Positions 38,305 through 50,100 of a stretch of DNA of 64,000 nt are shown one piece after another. Source of the stretch: Eledone cirrhosa (lineage: Eukaryota); assembly GCA_964016885.1 (NCBI GenBank), contig OZ024750.1, positions 17,360,001 to 17,424,000 of the forward strand, in the 5' to 3' direction. The number at the start of each line of letters is the position of its first letter. The first letter of the stretch is position 1. Below the pieces are notes generated by a model. The model was not told the origin of the DNA. It was given only the letters and a program-made list of their open reading frames with translations, and did no database searches. Made by a program: the position numbers and the translations under genes.

Positions 38305-38379
38305 ATTTCATTTACAAAAGGTTTCACGAAGACAGACAAACCTGCCGCAGACGTCTGCCTTCAATCGTCAGAATGAAAT
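38305..38379 (-). ncRNA. Minimal type I hammerhead ribozyme
   Basis: atttcatt-CTGACGA-t tgaaggcagac...gtctgtcttcg t-GAAA-c ctttt g-TA-aatgaaat; 8-bp stem I and ~11-bp stem II. Confidence 0.72.
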
Positions 38380-38424
38380 TTTATATATATGTAACCCATG
38401 TGCAACCACGCAGCACTCAATTCT

Positions 38425-38488
<64 letters not shown>

Positions 38489-38684
38489 ATATATAATCAT
38501 TATTATTATCGGTTGAGTGTCGAACAAAATGCTTAGTGGCATAGACTTGCGGCATCAAACGTTCTGAGTTTAAATCCCCTCGCGGTTAGCTCTGCCTTTC
38601 ATCCTTACGTGGTCAATAAACAGAGTGCCAGTAACGTACTAGAGTCGATTTAATTGACATTCCTCTGACCCTAATTAGCTATCT

Positions 38685-39312
38685 ATAAAGATTTAGTGGC
38701 GAGTAAAAACGACGACATTCTTAGGGAGACTCTGGGAATCGACGAGAATCAATTAGCCACTCTTTTCCAGAGGACTTTCAGTTCAGAGCCCAAAGATAAC
38801 TTCCCAAAATCCCTGGTCTGGTCTGGCTACCGAGTGCTACCGAGAAATTCTACAGGCATGGAAGTGTCGTCAGCCGAGCCTGTTCGAGATGCGCGCAGGG
38901 CGACGAAACCGTCCTGCGCGCACCCATAGAGTGTCTGAGTATTGCTGACCAGTGGGTTTATGTCGAACACCTGCTGTCACTTGTGGGACGGACTCGACTA
39001 TCAACTGAGTCCATTGTGAAGATCTCGCCACCGTCTTCCTTTTGAGGGAAAGACAGGCAGTTTTTATCTGTCTGGTGGAATGGCTTTACATAGATATGCC
39101 AGACTTATTCCCCGATCTCCTCGAAGAACGAAAGTATTCCTAGTTCTGTGAGCCGGGGCGTAGTGACTCTGATGAGGAAAGACGAGAACAAGAGGGATAC
39201 GTTAGATAACTTCAGGCCCATAACTCTGCTCAACTCAGAGTTTAAGATTTTTGCCAAGGTTTTAGCGATGAGGCTGGCGGTTATCGTTGAGGATTTGGTA
39301 GGGGTGGCGCAA
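38685..39312 (+). pseudogene. Old rearranged Tx1 ORF2 fragments
   Basis: DDILRETLGIDENQLATLFQRTFS...DNFPKSLVW followed by SRGVVTLMRKDENKRDTLDNFRPITLLNSEFKI (order reversed relative to ORF2). Confidence 0.85.
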
Positions 39313-39650
39313 AATCTCTCAGAGAAGCAATATTATATATCAAAATTGTCGAGGCAGCATGGTGGAATAAAAACACGCGTAGTGTTACGGTATCAAAATC
39401 TCCTAGCATATTAGGACTACTTGACAGGCTTATAATGTCACTAGAAATAGCAGCCAAAAGACCGTCTGGTACAGTTCGACAAATTAAGGAGCAGTTTAAT
39501 ATGAATTAAAGGTTAATTAGTCCCTAATTCTTAAACATTTCAATGGGAGAAATCTTTCAGAGAAGCAATATTATACACACAAACACACACTTCCTGTGCT
39601 TAGCGTGCTTGTTTTGGTACCACCACCAGTAATTCACTGAATCACCTACA

Positions 39651-39707
<57 letters not shown>

Positions 39708-39849
39708 TATATATATAGTGAGTGTGTGTGTCTGTGTGTGTATTCATTATATATATACACATAAATAATGTATTCACACATAATCAAACATGACCCCCTA
39801 AATATGTTGGTTTGTAATTCAAGCATAATGGAAAGATAAAGTTGCAGAC

Positions 39850-40740
39850 AGGCGGGATTTGAACTCAGAATATAAAGAGCCAGAATAAATACCGAATTGG
39901 CATTTCATCTGACACTCTACCAATTCTTCTAATTCACTACCTTCTAAATATGTTGATTTCTAATTTAAGTACAATGCCGGCAAATTTAGGAGAAGAGGGG
40001 GAAGTCGATTAAATCAACCCCATTACATAACTGGTACATTATTTCATCGATCTCTGAAGGATGAAAAGCAAAGTTGACCTGGAGGGGAATGAGCCAGAAC
40101 GAAAACAGTATTTTATCCGACGCTCTACCAATCCAGCATTGATTTTCGGAGGTGATGACTTTGGGAGTTCGGCTCCTCTGTGTTCGGACCTGGTGTACGT
40201 GTGTGTGTGTATGTTTACTGCTATTCATTAGATATTATATGCTTGGCTAATTGTGGGTGTCGGAGTTATATTTAGGAACTAGGCTAGCAAATTTGGGGTA
40301 AAGTGGAAAGTCGATTAAAATCAACCTCAGTAGTTAACTGGTACTTTAGTTTATCGACCCTGGTGGGATTTGAACTCAGAACGTAAATGACCGTAGCTAA
40401 ATACTGCAAAGTATTTCATCCACAGCTCTAACGATCCTATGGATCCACCGCGCTCACATCTAAAAATATTACAAAATATTACTTTCAGAGTGCTACGGCA
40501 TAAGGGAGACTACTCAGTCATAACTTATAATGGTGGGGCCCCATTTGCTCATAATTGTTTCTACTTTAGGCACAAGGCCAGCAATTACCAGTGCATTACT
40601 GGTACTTTATTTTATCGACCCTGTAAGGATGAAAGGCAAAGTCAACCTCGGCGGGATTTGAACTCTGATCGTAAAGGGACGTAACTATGCTGGAAAGCAT
40701 GGCGTCCAACCCTCTACCGATACTGCCAATCCACCGTCAT
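39850..40740 (-). mobile_element. Several SINE copies (~39850-39950, 39990-40140, 40290-40450, 40550-40740)
   Basis: Reverse complement of the SINE core. Confidence 0.8.
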
Positions 40741-41206
40741 AATAGTGAGAGAAGAGGAGGGCGGGAGAGACAGAAGGAGTTTCATTCCTCTGTGTTAGGC
40801 AAGAGCACTTTTTGTTCTGGCTGTTTGTAAAGTGTTAATAGGAGGCTAACCATAAACTCGGAAATATTTTCATCAAACTTTCCAGGTTTATGTTGGTAAT
40901 AGAAACGAGTCAATGTAATGGATTTTATACAGGAATATGTCATTTTTTACAAATAGGAATTGTAAATTTTTTAATGTTTAATTCAAAAACTGTAGTTACA
41001 TCGACATTGAGTTTATCGCAAATACACTAAATAAACTTTTATTTCTAAGATATAATTACATAAAAATAGTTGAGCAGTATCAATTAGAAAATAAAACACA
41101 CTATTAAAGGGAACAAAAAAAAGGAAATGAAAAGAAAAAAAAATCAAGCAACGAAAGAAAGGGAGAGGGTGAGGGACAGACACTACACCCCAGTATGGGC
41201 GGTGCT

Positions 41207-41430
41207 TCAGTCGCGCCCCGCATTACCGTAGAGAATGGCCAGAAACTTCCGCTGCAATAGCCACTCCATTTCACGGGGCAGCCCTTTCAAGCGGGCTGCC
41301 GTCTTGCCGATTTTACGAAGGAAATTAGCAGTGCAGGGCCCAAGGACGTCAGTCTCGACCGAGACCCGTGCAAAGGGGAAGTGGTCGGTCAGGCGCCGAT
41401 ATTTAACTATCTGCTTCTCCTCTGCAGTAT
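41207..41430 (-). pseudogene. C-terminal fragment of a CRE-like (restriction-like endonuclease) non-LTR retrotransposon
   Basis: AEEKQIVKYRRL...VSVETDVLGP...FLRKIG...PREMEWLLQR...AILYGNA resembles AE..K..KY / VETLGPW / FLFQRISIAIQRGNA. Confidence 0.6.
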
Positions 41431-41610
41431 CGGTAGTGTCGGATATTATGCTTTGCGGCATAGAGTTACGTTCCTTTGCATTCTGATTTCAAATCCCGCT
41501 GAGGTTATCTTTGTCGTTCGTCCTTACGGGGTCGATAAAATAAAGTACCATTAACGCACATGCCCCCCTCTCAAAATTATTGGTCTTGTGCTTAAATCAG
41601 AAACCATCAC
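41430..41610 (+). mobile_element. SINE copy
   Basis: Same core. Confidence 0.8.
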
Positions 41611-42466
41611 ACATACACAGAGTATACCTAACAAAAGTTTACATTTATTGCTATTACTACACACACAAACACATGGTATACCTAACAACAAACGTTCACT
41701 CAGATTTAATGATGATGCTTAGATTCATCAAATATATCTAGTGTCTGTGTGTGTAGTATTGCATTTATTTTTACAATGTAAGAAAAACAAATAAAATAAA
41801 AAGCAATTGTACATTTAATATGGGCATAAGACAGTGTATGGCATAAAAGCAGACTTGCAAAGTTTCTCGGTTTTTTGTTCTGTTTTTCGTGTGCTATCAA
41901 TCTCATATTTTTCTATATAGCGTTTCCGACTAGTTTGGAGATCAGATTCATTGACAACAGGATTTTTTTTTTTTTTAATGTAAACAAAACTCCGGGATGG
42001 AAGAAAATCCGAGGATTCCTCCCCTCCATTTTCCGTGAAAAAAGACCTTTGCAGCATGTTCGGTGGTCGTAATTATTTCCCACTGATATCGAGAAGGGTG
42101 TTCTATAACTGTACCCACAATTCAAATAATATGATTTATAGATTAATTAAAATCCATCAGTAAAAAAATAATAAAAAGAGAGAGAGAGAGAGAAGCCATA
42201 CGCGATAACATGGAATGCTGCTGTATCGCTCTAAAAGTTTTTGAAGCAAATAAAGACACGGCATTATCGTAAGTGTTAGTGAGGCCCAGGGCACTGGAAT
42301 AGCCAAGCACGCTTTTGTAGATTATAAACATTATATTAATCGCCTTATTTAAGACCAATTTCAACTTAATCATCAATTAAAACTAATTGTTTACAATAAA
42401 TTGCGTTAAAAATATATTCGGTGGATTGTCTATATCGCTTTTTTACATGGTGTAACAAATATAGTG

Positions 42467-43333
42467 TTATAAATATATTCGATGAATAGTCCATATCGCT
42501 TTCTTACACACGGGACATTTTTTATCGTAATAATAATATTTTAATGCACATTTTAAACACAAAGCCGTATGGCCACACGGTAGAAGAACAGCATTGAATT
42601 CGTAATGTTTACAGACAGGACAGACGCGATGGCTGGAGTTTCTGTAACTACTTAGATCAACCTCATCATTGTTGATAACGTTGTCCCGGGACGGAGAAGT
42701 ATTATCAATAAGATCGCCACTATTGTTCCTAGTTGGAGTAATATTATTTACGTCGTCACTATTGTTCCGAGTTGGAGTAACATTATTTACGTCGTCACTA
42801 TTGTTCCGAGCTGGGGCAGTATTATTCACACCGCCATTGTCAAAATCTTCTTCGTCGTCGGAAAGAGGCTCACTATATGCGACATGTCGACGACGTTGAG
42901 GTGTACGCACACCTTCGTCTGGTTGTGAAGATCTCCTGGGTGATGTCCTTTGTTGTTGTGCCTTAGGTTTGAGTCTGAGGATCAGGTAACAAATAAGGAC
43001 GAAAGTTAACAAATATTTAGGAAGACTTTCAGCAGGGATATATTGTGAAACATATGTGTTGTAAATATTTTTGCAACTTTTAAAAACATAACTGTGATAA
43101 AGAGGCATGAAAATAAAACACCCCAAACCATATAATTTATCATAGAGTGTTTCCAAGCTGAAGTTTGTCCATAAATCGTTAATATAATTGTTGAAGTTGT
43201 TCACTGTATAATTCCATATGTTATATAAGAACATATTAACTTCAGGTAAACATGATCGAATACCAAAATAATTGTATAATATAAAATGTAAGAAATTCAG
43301 GCAGATATATGTCCTTAATATCGATAAAATCAT
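42467..43333 (-). CDS. Intronless putative membrane-anchored RING-HC (C3HC4) E3 ubiquitin ligase
   Basis: C-terminal CPVC...LLPCGHTALCLKC...CPVCKKAIWTIHRIY (IAP/MUL1/neuralized-like RING); hydrophobic segment LLTFVLICYLIL; 39-bp internal repeats (RNNSDDVNNVTPT). Confidence 0.75.
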   Translation of the reverse strand: MILSILRTYICLNFLHFILYNYFGIRSCLPEVNMFLYNIWNYTVNNFNNYINDLWTNFSLETLYDKLYGLGCFIFMPLYHSYVFKSCKNIYNTYVSQYIPAESLPKYLLTFVLICYLILRLKPKAQQQRTSPRRSSQPDEGVRTPQRRRHVAYSEPLSDDEEDFDNGGVNNTAPARNNSDDVNNVTPTRNNSDDVNNITPTRNNSGDLIDNTSPSRDNVINNDEVDLSSYRNSSHRVCPVCKHYEFNAVLLPCGHTALCLKCALKYYYYDKKCPVCKKAIWTIHRIYL

Positions 43334-43489
43334 AATTAGGTTTGATTATATTCTAACGCAACAAAATGAGAGAATTATTTCTCATTCCCAAATACAACCA
43401 AAGGGAAGTAACTCTAGTTTCAGCAACTCTTTCGTTTTTTCGTACTGCCTAGAGGCGATGGTGAGTTGTAGATGAACAGAATAATTTAG

Positions 43490-43525
<36 letters not shown>

Positions 43526-43988
43526 GACTTATTTGTCAGTACATGTTATATAAATATAAACGAAATTAACCCCCCCCCCCCTTCTCTCTCTCTGAATATA
43601 TATGTGTGTGTCTGTGTATAAAAGGGTATTATTTTTAAATTTATATACTACTGCGACACGGGACTTAAAACAATACAAAGATTATCAGATATTATATTAT
43701 ATTATACATATAGGACTACCTCTCAATTATACATATATAATTTTATTCTCTGTTTATTTACTGATAATCTCAATAAAAATATACTGAAAATACCAATTTA
43801 ACCTTAAATTTAATTAAATTATATAATCTTTTTGATTTGTAAAAGGAAAGAAAAACAATTAAAAAGAAGTCAGAAAGAAAAAGAAAAATCCTAGAAAACA
43901 CAAGTAGAGTTATATACACGGCAGCAGTGGGATTGTTTTTATTTTGATGCTGTCAACATCGTAAGCGGCCAGCCTCGTTTTCAGTAAA

Positions 43989-43998
43989 TTGGCGCCAA
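43989..43998. promoter_or_regulatory. Palindromic E2F-like site TTGGCGCCAA upstream of TIMELESS
   Basis: About 110 bp upstream of the ATG of a replication gene. Confidence 0.45.
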
Positions 43999-44109
43999 CT
44001 ACGGATGGTGTACGTAGGTATTATCACGTTGTTATGGTGTCTCATATCTTTTTAGACTATGTTAGTCATTGTTTAATGTGTCTGTTGTTGTTAATGTTGT
44101 AAAATCAGC

Positions 44110-47100
44110 ATGGATATAGAGTTGCAGGCTATATGCAGTGCCCTCGGCTACCAGGAGGGTTCCAAATACCTTAAAGAACCGGATTGCCTGGAATCTGTAA
44201 AAGATCTGATCAAGTGTTTAAGAAGAGATGATGATACATGTTCCATACGCCGCCAGCTGGGGAATGCGGAAATATTACAAAGTGATTTACTACCGTTGCT
44301 TAAAGAATACAAGACGGATCGAAACCTACTCGAGACTGTTATACGTCTGTTACTGAATCTTACTCAACCAGCACGGCTGTGTTTCGGGAATCAACTGCCA
44401 GAAGATAAAATACTGAGGAATCACTATTTAGAAGTTGAAAGTATTCTGAGGAACTATAAAAAGGCCTTTATGGACGATGTGTTTTTTGCTGTCCTCACGG
44501 AGAAATTAACAGACTTATTGAAGCTTGACTGGGAGCACAGGCATGAAGAAGATCGCATGCTTATTGAAAGGTTATTAATTCTAGTACGGAATATTCTTCA
44601 TGTACAACCAGAGGCTGACGAGGAGAAAAGAACGGATGATGATGCCAGCATTCACGACCAAGTGTTATGGTCATTACACGTCAGCGGTATGGAAGATTTA
44701 CTATTATACATTGCCAATTCAGCAGACGAAAGACAATATTGTATGCACACACTGGAAATTATATCTCTGATGTTTCGTCAACAAACACCTTCCTTACTTG
44801 CCTCAGCTGGAGTGCAGCGGGCTTTTAGCGAGAAAGAAAAAGATGTGAAAGAATTAGAAATTATTCGCGAACAGGAACAAATTACTAAAAGACAACGAGC
44901 TCGAATGACGAGTACAAGGCACTCTCGATTTGGTGGGACCTTCGTACTGAAGAATCTTCAGTCTATTAGCGAGAACGAAGTCATATACCACAGATCTCTG
45001 GATAAAGCAGGTAATTATTCCTTTGATATTACTAAGAAATCTTATAAAACCCCCAAAAACCGTGCCCCCATCAAACAAGTCGATGTAGTTCGCCGGTCAA
45101 CTCTAAGCATTCGTCTCTGTCTGAAAGAATTCTGTGTCCAGTTTTTGGAGAACTGTTACAATCCTCTTATGTCTGCAGTGAAGGACAACTTGGTGCGGGA
45201 AGTAGCCCAGGATCACGATGAAACATATTATTTGTGGGCCTTGCGGTTTTTCATGGAATTTTGTCGTTTACACAGTCAACAGGTTGAGCTGATCAGTGAA
45301 ACATTATCAATCTCTGCTTTCCACTATATCCAGGTAAATTTATTAAATTATTATGAAATGATAATGACCGACAAGAAAGAAGGTAAGGTGTGGGCCAAAC
45401 GTGTACACCTTGCTCTAAAGGCTTATCAAGAACTTCTAATGACACTTCATGCTATGGAAATCTCCCAAAACCCTCACCTTGTATCCAGTGCCAAAGTTTT
45501 GAAAGGAAATATTTTCTATATGATGGAATTTCGAGATATATTTGTGACACTGTTGAGTAAATTTAATCACAGTCTGCATTCCACGTCGTATTTAACTGAT
45601 TTGGTCCACGCAACCCATCTGTTCTTAAAGATGTTGGAGATAGCACAGAAATCCAACCGATATATGGTAGTGCAGACTAAGAAGAAAAAGGCAAGGAAGC
45701 AGATAAAAAAGAAAACTAATGTAGGTGGGAATTCTCAGATGTCTGAGGAAGAACTTCTGGGTCTGTGGGACGATGTTTCTACTGAAGTTTCTGCTATTTT
45801 GAGTGGGGAGAAAGAAATGAGTGAGGGAGTCCTACCCTTCGATGCAGCATCAGAGGTTGATATTGATACACAACGAGCAGACACGATGGTGCGTATACAG
45901 ACTTGCCTTCGATCTAAAAATGCTGCAGAGGCTGTAGCACTTCTGCGTGCCGCCCGAGAAGTCTGGCCTGATAATAATGAGTTTGGTACCACTGAGATGA
46001 GTTCTGAAGATGAATTCTTGGCCCTGAGAGAAGTGTTTATGGCAAATTTATCACAGAATATTGAAAATACTGACCCTTCAGCTACTGCCTTGGCTGAGGA
46101 AGAGGAAGAACCACAAGAGAATGTTCTTGAAGAAGAAATGTCTGCAATTGCTGTAAATGAAGAAGAACTCAATACTCGAGATTTTGTTGCTAAATTTGCC
46201 AAACCTACAATTCTGAAAAGTTATTCTATTTTACTGGCTAATTTCAAAAATAACTCAGCCCACACAAACCATTGTATCATTAAAATGTTTCATCGTATAG
46301 CTGTTGATCTCCACCAGGAGGGCATGTTCTTCCAAGCCAGCCTCTTTTCTACCTTCAGAGAAATCGTCACTCTGTCTAAAGTGAAGGAATTTCAGGAAAT
46401 GGTGAAGTTTGGGGTGTATATTGTCCAGAAGTTCTTGGCTGTGGCTGAGAAGAACAAGAAGGTTTTCATGGAAATGTTGTTTTGGAAAACAACCCGGCAA
46501 GCTGAAGAGGTATCCAGTGGATACATGGAAGACCCGACTAAAAATATTAAACAACTGTGGACTGAAGACCAGGAAATTGAACTGAGACGATTGTTTGATG
46601 AAGCCAAAGAGGATCCAGAGAAAGACGTTATGGGTCACATCATGGCACATTTGACAGATGACACAAAATCTCGGGGTCAAGTCCTCCGTCAGTTGAGAAT
46701 CAGTGGATTGATAGAGTCTGCTCGAGATCTGAAACGAGGACATCCAAACTCGACCAACCCTAACAGGGCGCCTTGGACTGAAGAACAAGAAATTGAACTC
46801 AGGAATGTTTTTGAACAGTTCCGAGAGTCTGATGATCCACTTGGCAACACCATGCAAAATTTGTCTTTTACTAAATCAAAGAATAAAATTAAGGATAAAC
46901 TTTTTGGGCTGGACATTATCCAAGACAAGAAGGAACTTTCTAAGAAAAGATCAAAGAAGGAAAAACAGAGAAGAATGGATGAAAGTGATGAGAGTGGAGA
47001 TAATGGTAGTTCCAGTGATGATGATGTTCAAGAAGACCATGTAATGGCCACCCATGCAGATTCCACTGGGGAGGAGAGCGATGAAACTGAAGAAACTATT

Positions 47101-50100
47101 GGTGAGGAGCAACCTAGCACCAGCAATAACCTAACTAACACTGATATTGATGATGTCCTGAGAGATCTGGTGAATCACAATTACAAAGGCCCTATCGGCT
47201 GGATCCAGAGATCCCTACGGAGGACAGCTGAAGATAGACAGACCCCTGGGAACTATACTGGGGTTCCAGTTGTGCCACTCACTGAAGAAAATGAAGATGC
47301 AATGGAAGACCCCAGTTTTATTGAGTTTTTATTGTTGATTGGTCTTGTGAAGCCTGCAGAAGGTCAGGAGGTCTTCTGGCGTATTAGTGGTGACTTGGAT
47401 GGTCCCACGTTGACCTTGATTGCTGACGGTTTGAACCTGGATGAAAACAATCAACCAGTGAATACAGTGGAACTGAAGAAATGGTTTGCAGCAAGATCTG
47501 TGAAATCTAAGACAGTTAAAAGTAAGAATAAACCGAAGAATTCTAAATCAAAGAGTTCAATAAACAATGATAAAAGGAAGAAAGCTATGATGGCTCTACT
47601 GAAGAATCAACCAAAGAACAAAAGAAGTAAAAGAAAGAATACAGCAGTTACAAGATCAAATGAAGACAGTGACAATGACAATAACAACCCTGGGACCTCG
47701 AAGAAACGACGACGAACTAAGAAGAAAAAGATTTCTGATGTCCCAGATGAAGAGGGAGAAGAAAATGGTGATACTAACTCACAACTAAATATGTCTAGGG
47801 GTCATTCTCTAAATCATAACAGTGACGAAGATGAAAACAAACCTGGGACCTCAAAAATACAACACCAAACAAAGAAGAAGTCCAATTTCCTTGATGATGA
47901 AGAAGGAGAAAATGGTGATTCTTTGTCAGTAAATGGTGACAATAACTCTCAACAAAATATGTCTGCAAGTCATTCACCAAAGTTTTCCAAAGTAAGTCGA
48001 AAGAGAAAGAAGAGAAGGGAACTAGATAGCAGTAGTGATGAGGATATTGTGAGGCCCCTTAACACCTCACAAATTAGTGCCACACAAAATGTTGATAGTA
48101 GCAGTGATGAGGACATTGTGAGACCCCTTAACACCACACAAAATGATGATAGTAGCAGTGATGAGGACATTGTGAGACCCCGTAACACCACACAAAATGA
48201 TGATAGTAGCAGTGATGAGGACATTGTGAGGCCCCGTAACACCACACAAATTAAGGTCACACAAAATGATGATAGTAGCAGTGATGAGGACATTGTGAGG
48301 CCCCGTAACACCACACAAAATGATGATAGTAGCAGTGATGAGGACATTGTGAGACCCCGTAACACCACACAAAATGATGATAGTAGCAGTGATGAGGACA
48401 TTGTGAGGCCCCGTAACACCACACAAAATGATGATAGTAGCAGTGATGAGGACATTGTGAGGCCCCGTAACACCACACAAAATGATGATAGTAGCAGTGA
48501 TGAGGACATTGTGAGGCCCCGTAACACCACACAAAATGATGATAGTAGCAGTGATGAGGACATTGTGAGGCCCCGTAACACATCACAAATTAAGGTCACA
48601 CAAAATGATGATAGTAGCAGTGATGAGGACATTGTGAGGCCCCGTAACACATCACAAATTAAGGTCACACAAAATGATGATAGTAGCAGTGATGAGGACA
48701 TTGTGAGGCCCCGTAACACATCACAAATTAAGGTCACACAAAATGATGATAGTAGCAGTGATGAGGACATTGTGAGGCCCCGTAACACATCACAAATTAA
48801 GGTCACACAAAATGATGATAGTAGCAGTGATGAACCTCTCGCTTCTATATCAGCATCCAAGCAGAAAACAACCCAAGAAATTACTGGTACCCACTCAAAG
48901 AGAAGAGCAGCCCAGCTAACTATTGTCACATCCTCAGACAGTGATAGTGATGATGATGATGTTGGTCGACTGTTTATTGAAACAGAGATAGATGATAACA
49001 CCTCACAGAAGAAGAAGAAGAAGAAGAAGAAGAAGACAAACAAGAAACGTTTACTGAGTGACAGCAGCAGTGAAGAAGAGAGTAATAATAATGTTAGCAG
49101 TGTGATTGTACAGGAAGGAAACAATAAAGACTCAAATGATGATAGTAGCAGTGATGAGGACATTGTGAGGCCCCTTAACACTTCACAAATTAAGGTCTCA
49201 CAAAATGGTGATAGTAGCAGTGATGGTGCTCTCCTCTCTCAAGTAAAATCTAAACACAATGTTGTTGTTGATGATGATGACGATGGTGGTGTCGGTGGCA
49301 GTAGCAGTGATGGGCCTCTCCCCTCTCAAGTAAAGTCTAAACACAATGTTGTTGACGATGATGATGGTGGGAGTAGCAGTGATGAGCCTCTCATATCTAT
49401 GTCAACATCCAAGAAGAAAACAACTGGTACCCACACAAACAAAAGAGTAGCACAATCAACTCAGGTCACAAAGCCAATCAACAATGTTCAGCAATCAAAC
49501 TCTAAGAAGAATAGGAAGAAACGTTTACTAAGTGATGGCAGCAGTGAAGATGAAGGCGATAATAATAATAATAATGATAATGTAAGCAACCTACAAGAAA
49601 ACAATAAAAGTTCTCTAAATGGTGTTATAAAAAAATCCAATCTTCAGGGATCAAATTCTGTGAAGAGCAACAAAAAACGACAAAAACTGCTGGATTTTGA
49701 GAGCAGTGATGAGGACTTTGGTGGGAAAAGTGTTGAGAAGTTGGACAAAAGTCCAGTTGCAGAGATGAAAACAGCATCCAAGGATAAACGTAAGAAAGTT
49801 CTGATATTGGAGAGTTCTGATGATAATAGTTCTGCTGAGGGAGATAAGGAAAATCCGAAAATTGATTCCACAAAAGAACCAAACGAAAAAGCTGGAGTCT
49901 TTGATGCTTTTGACAAAGCCAAGAATATCCAGACCAATAAATATAACACAAACGCCATCGACAAGAACAAGAACAGTAATAATAATCCAGTTGATACTAA
50001 CACTTTCCCTGCTACTTTACTGTCCATACCAAATATGGAAACAGAATCCAATGTCTTTGATGACCATGGGAGTAGCAGTGATGAGCCTCTCACATCTATG

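Larger units (their letters stand above)
37851..38430 (-). mobile_element. (TA)n-embedded retrozyme/Penelope-pLTR-like element with two hammerheads and a 49-bp direct repeat
   Basis: Direct repeats 37851-37899 and 38179-38227; hammerheads at 37964-38009 and 38305-38379. Confidence 0.65.

Noticed and set aside
47970-49181. 403-aa antisense repeat ORF; CRISPR-like look of the 54/69-bp array
   Set aside because: Antisense of the TIMELESS coding repeat; no unique spacers, no cas genes, eukaryotic context
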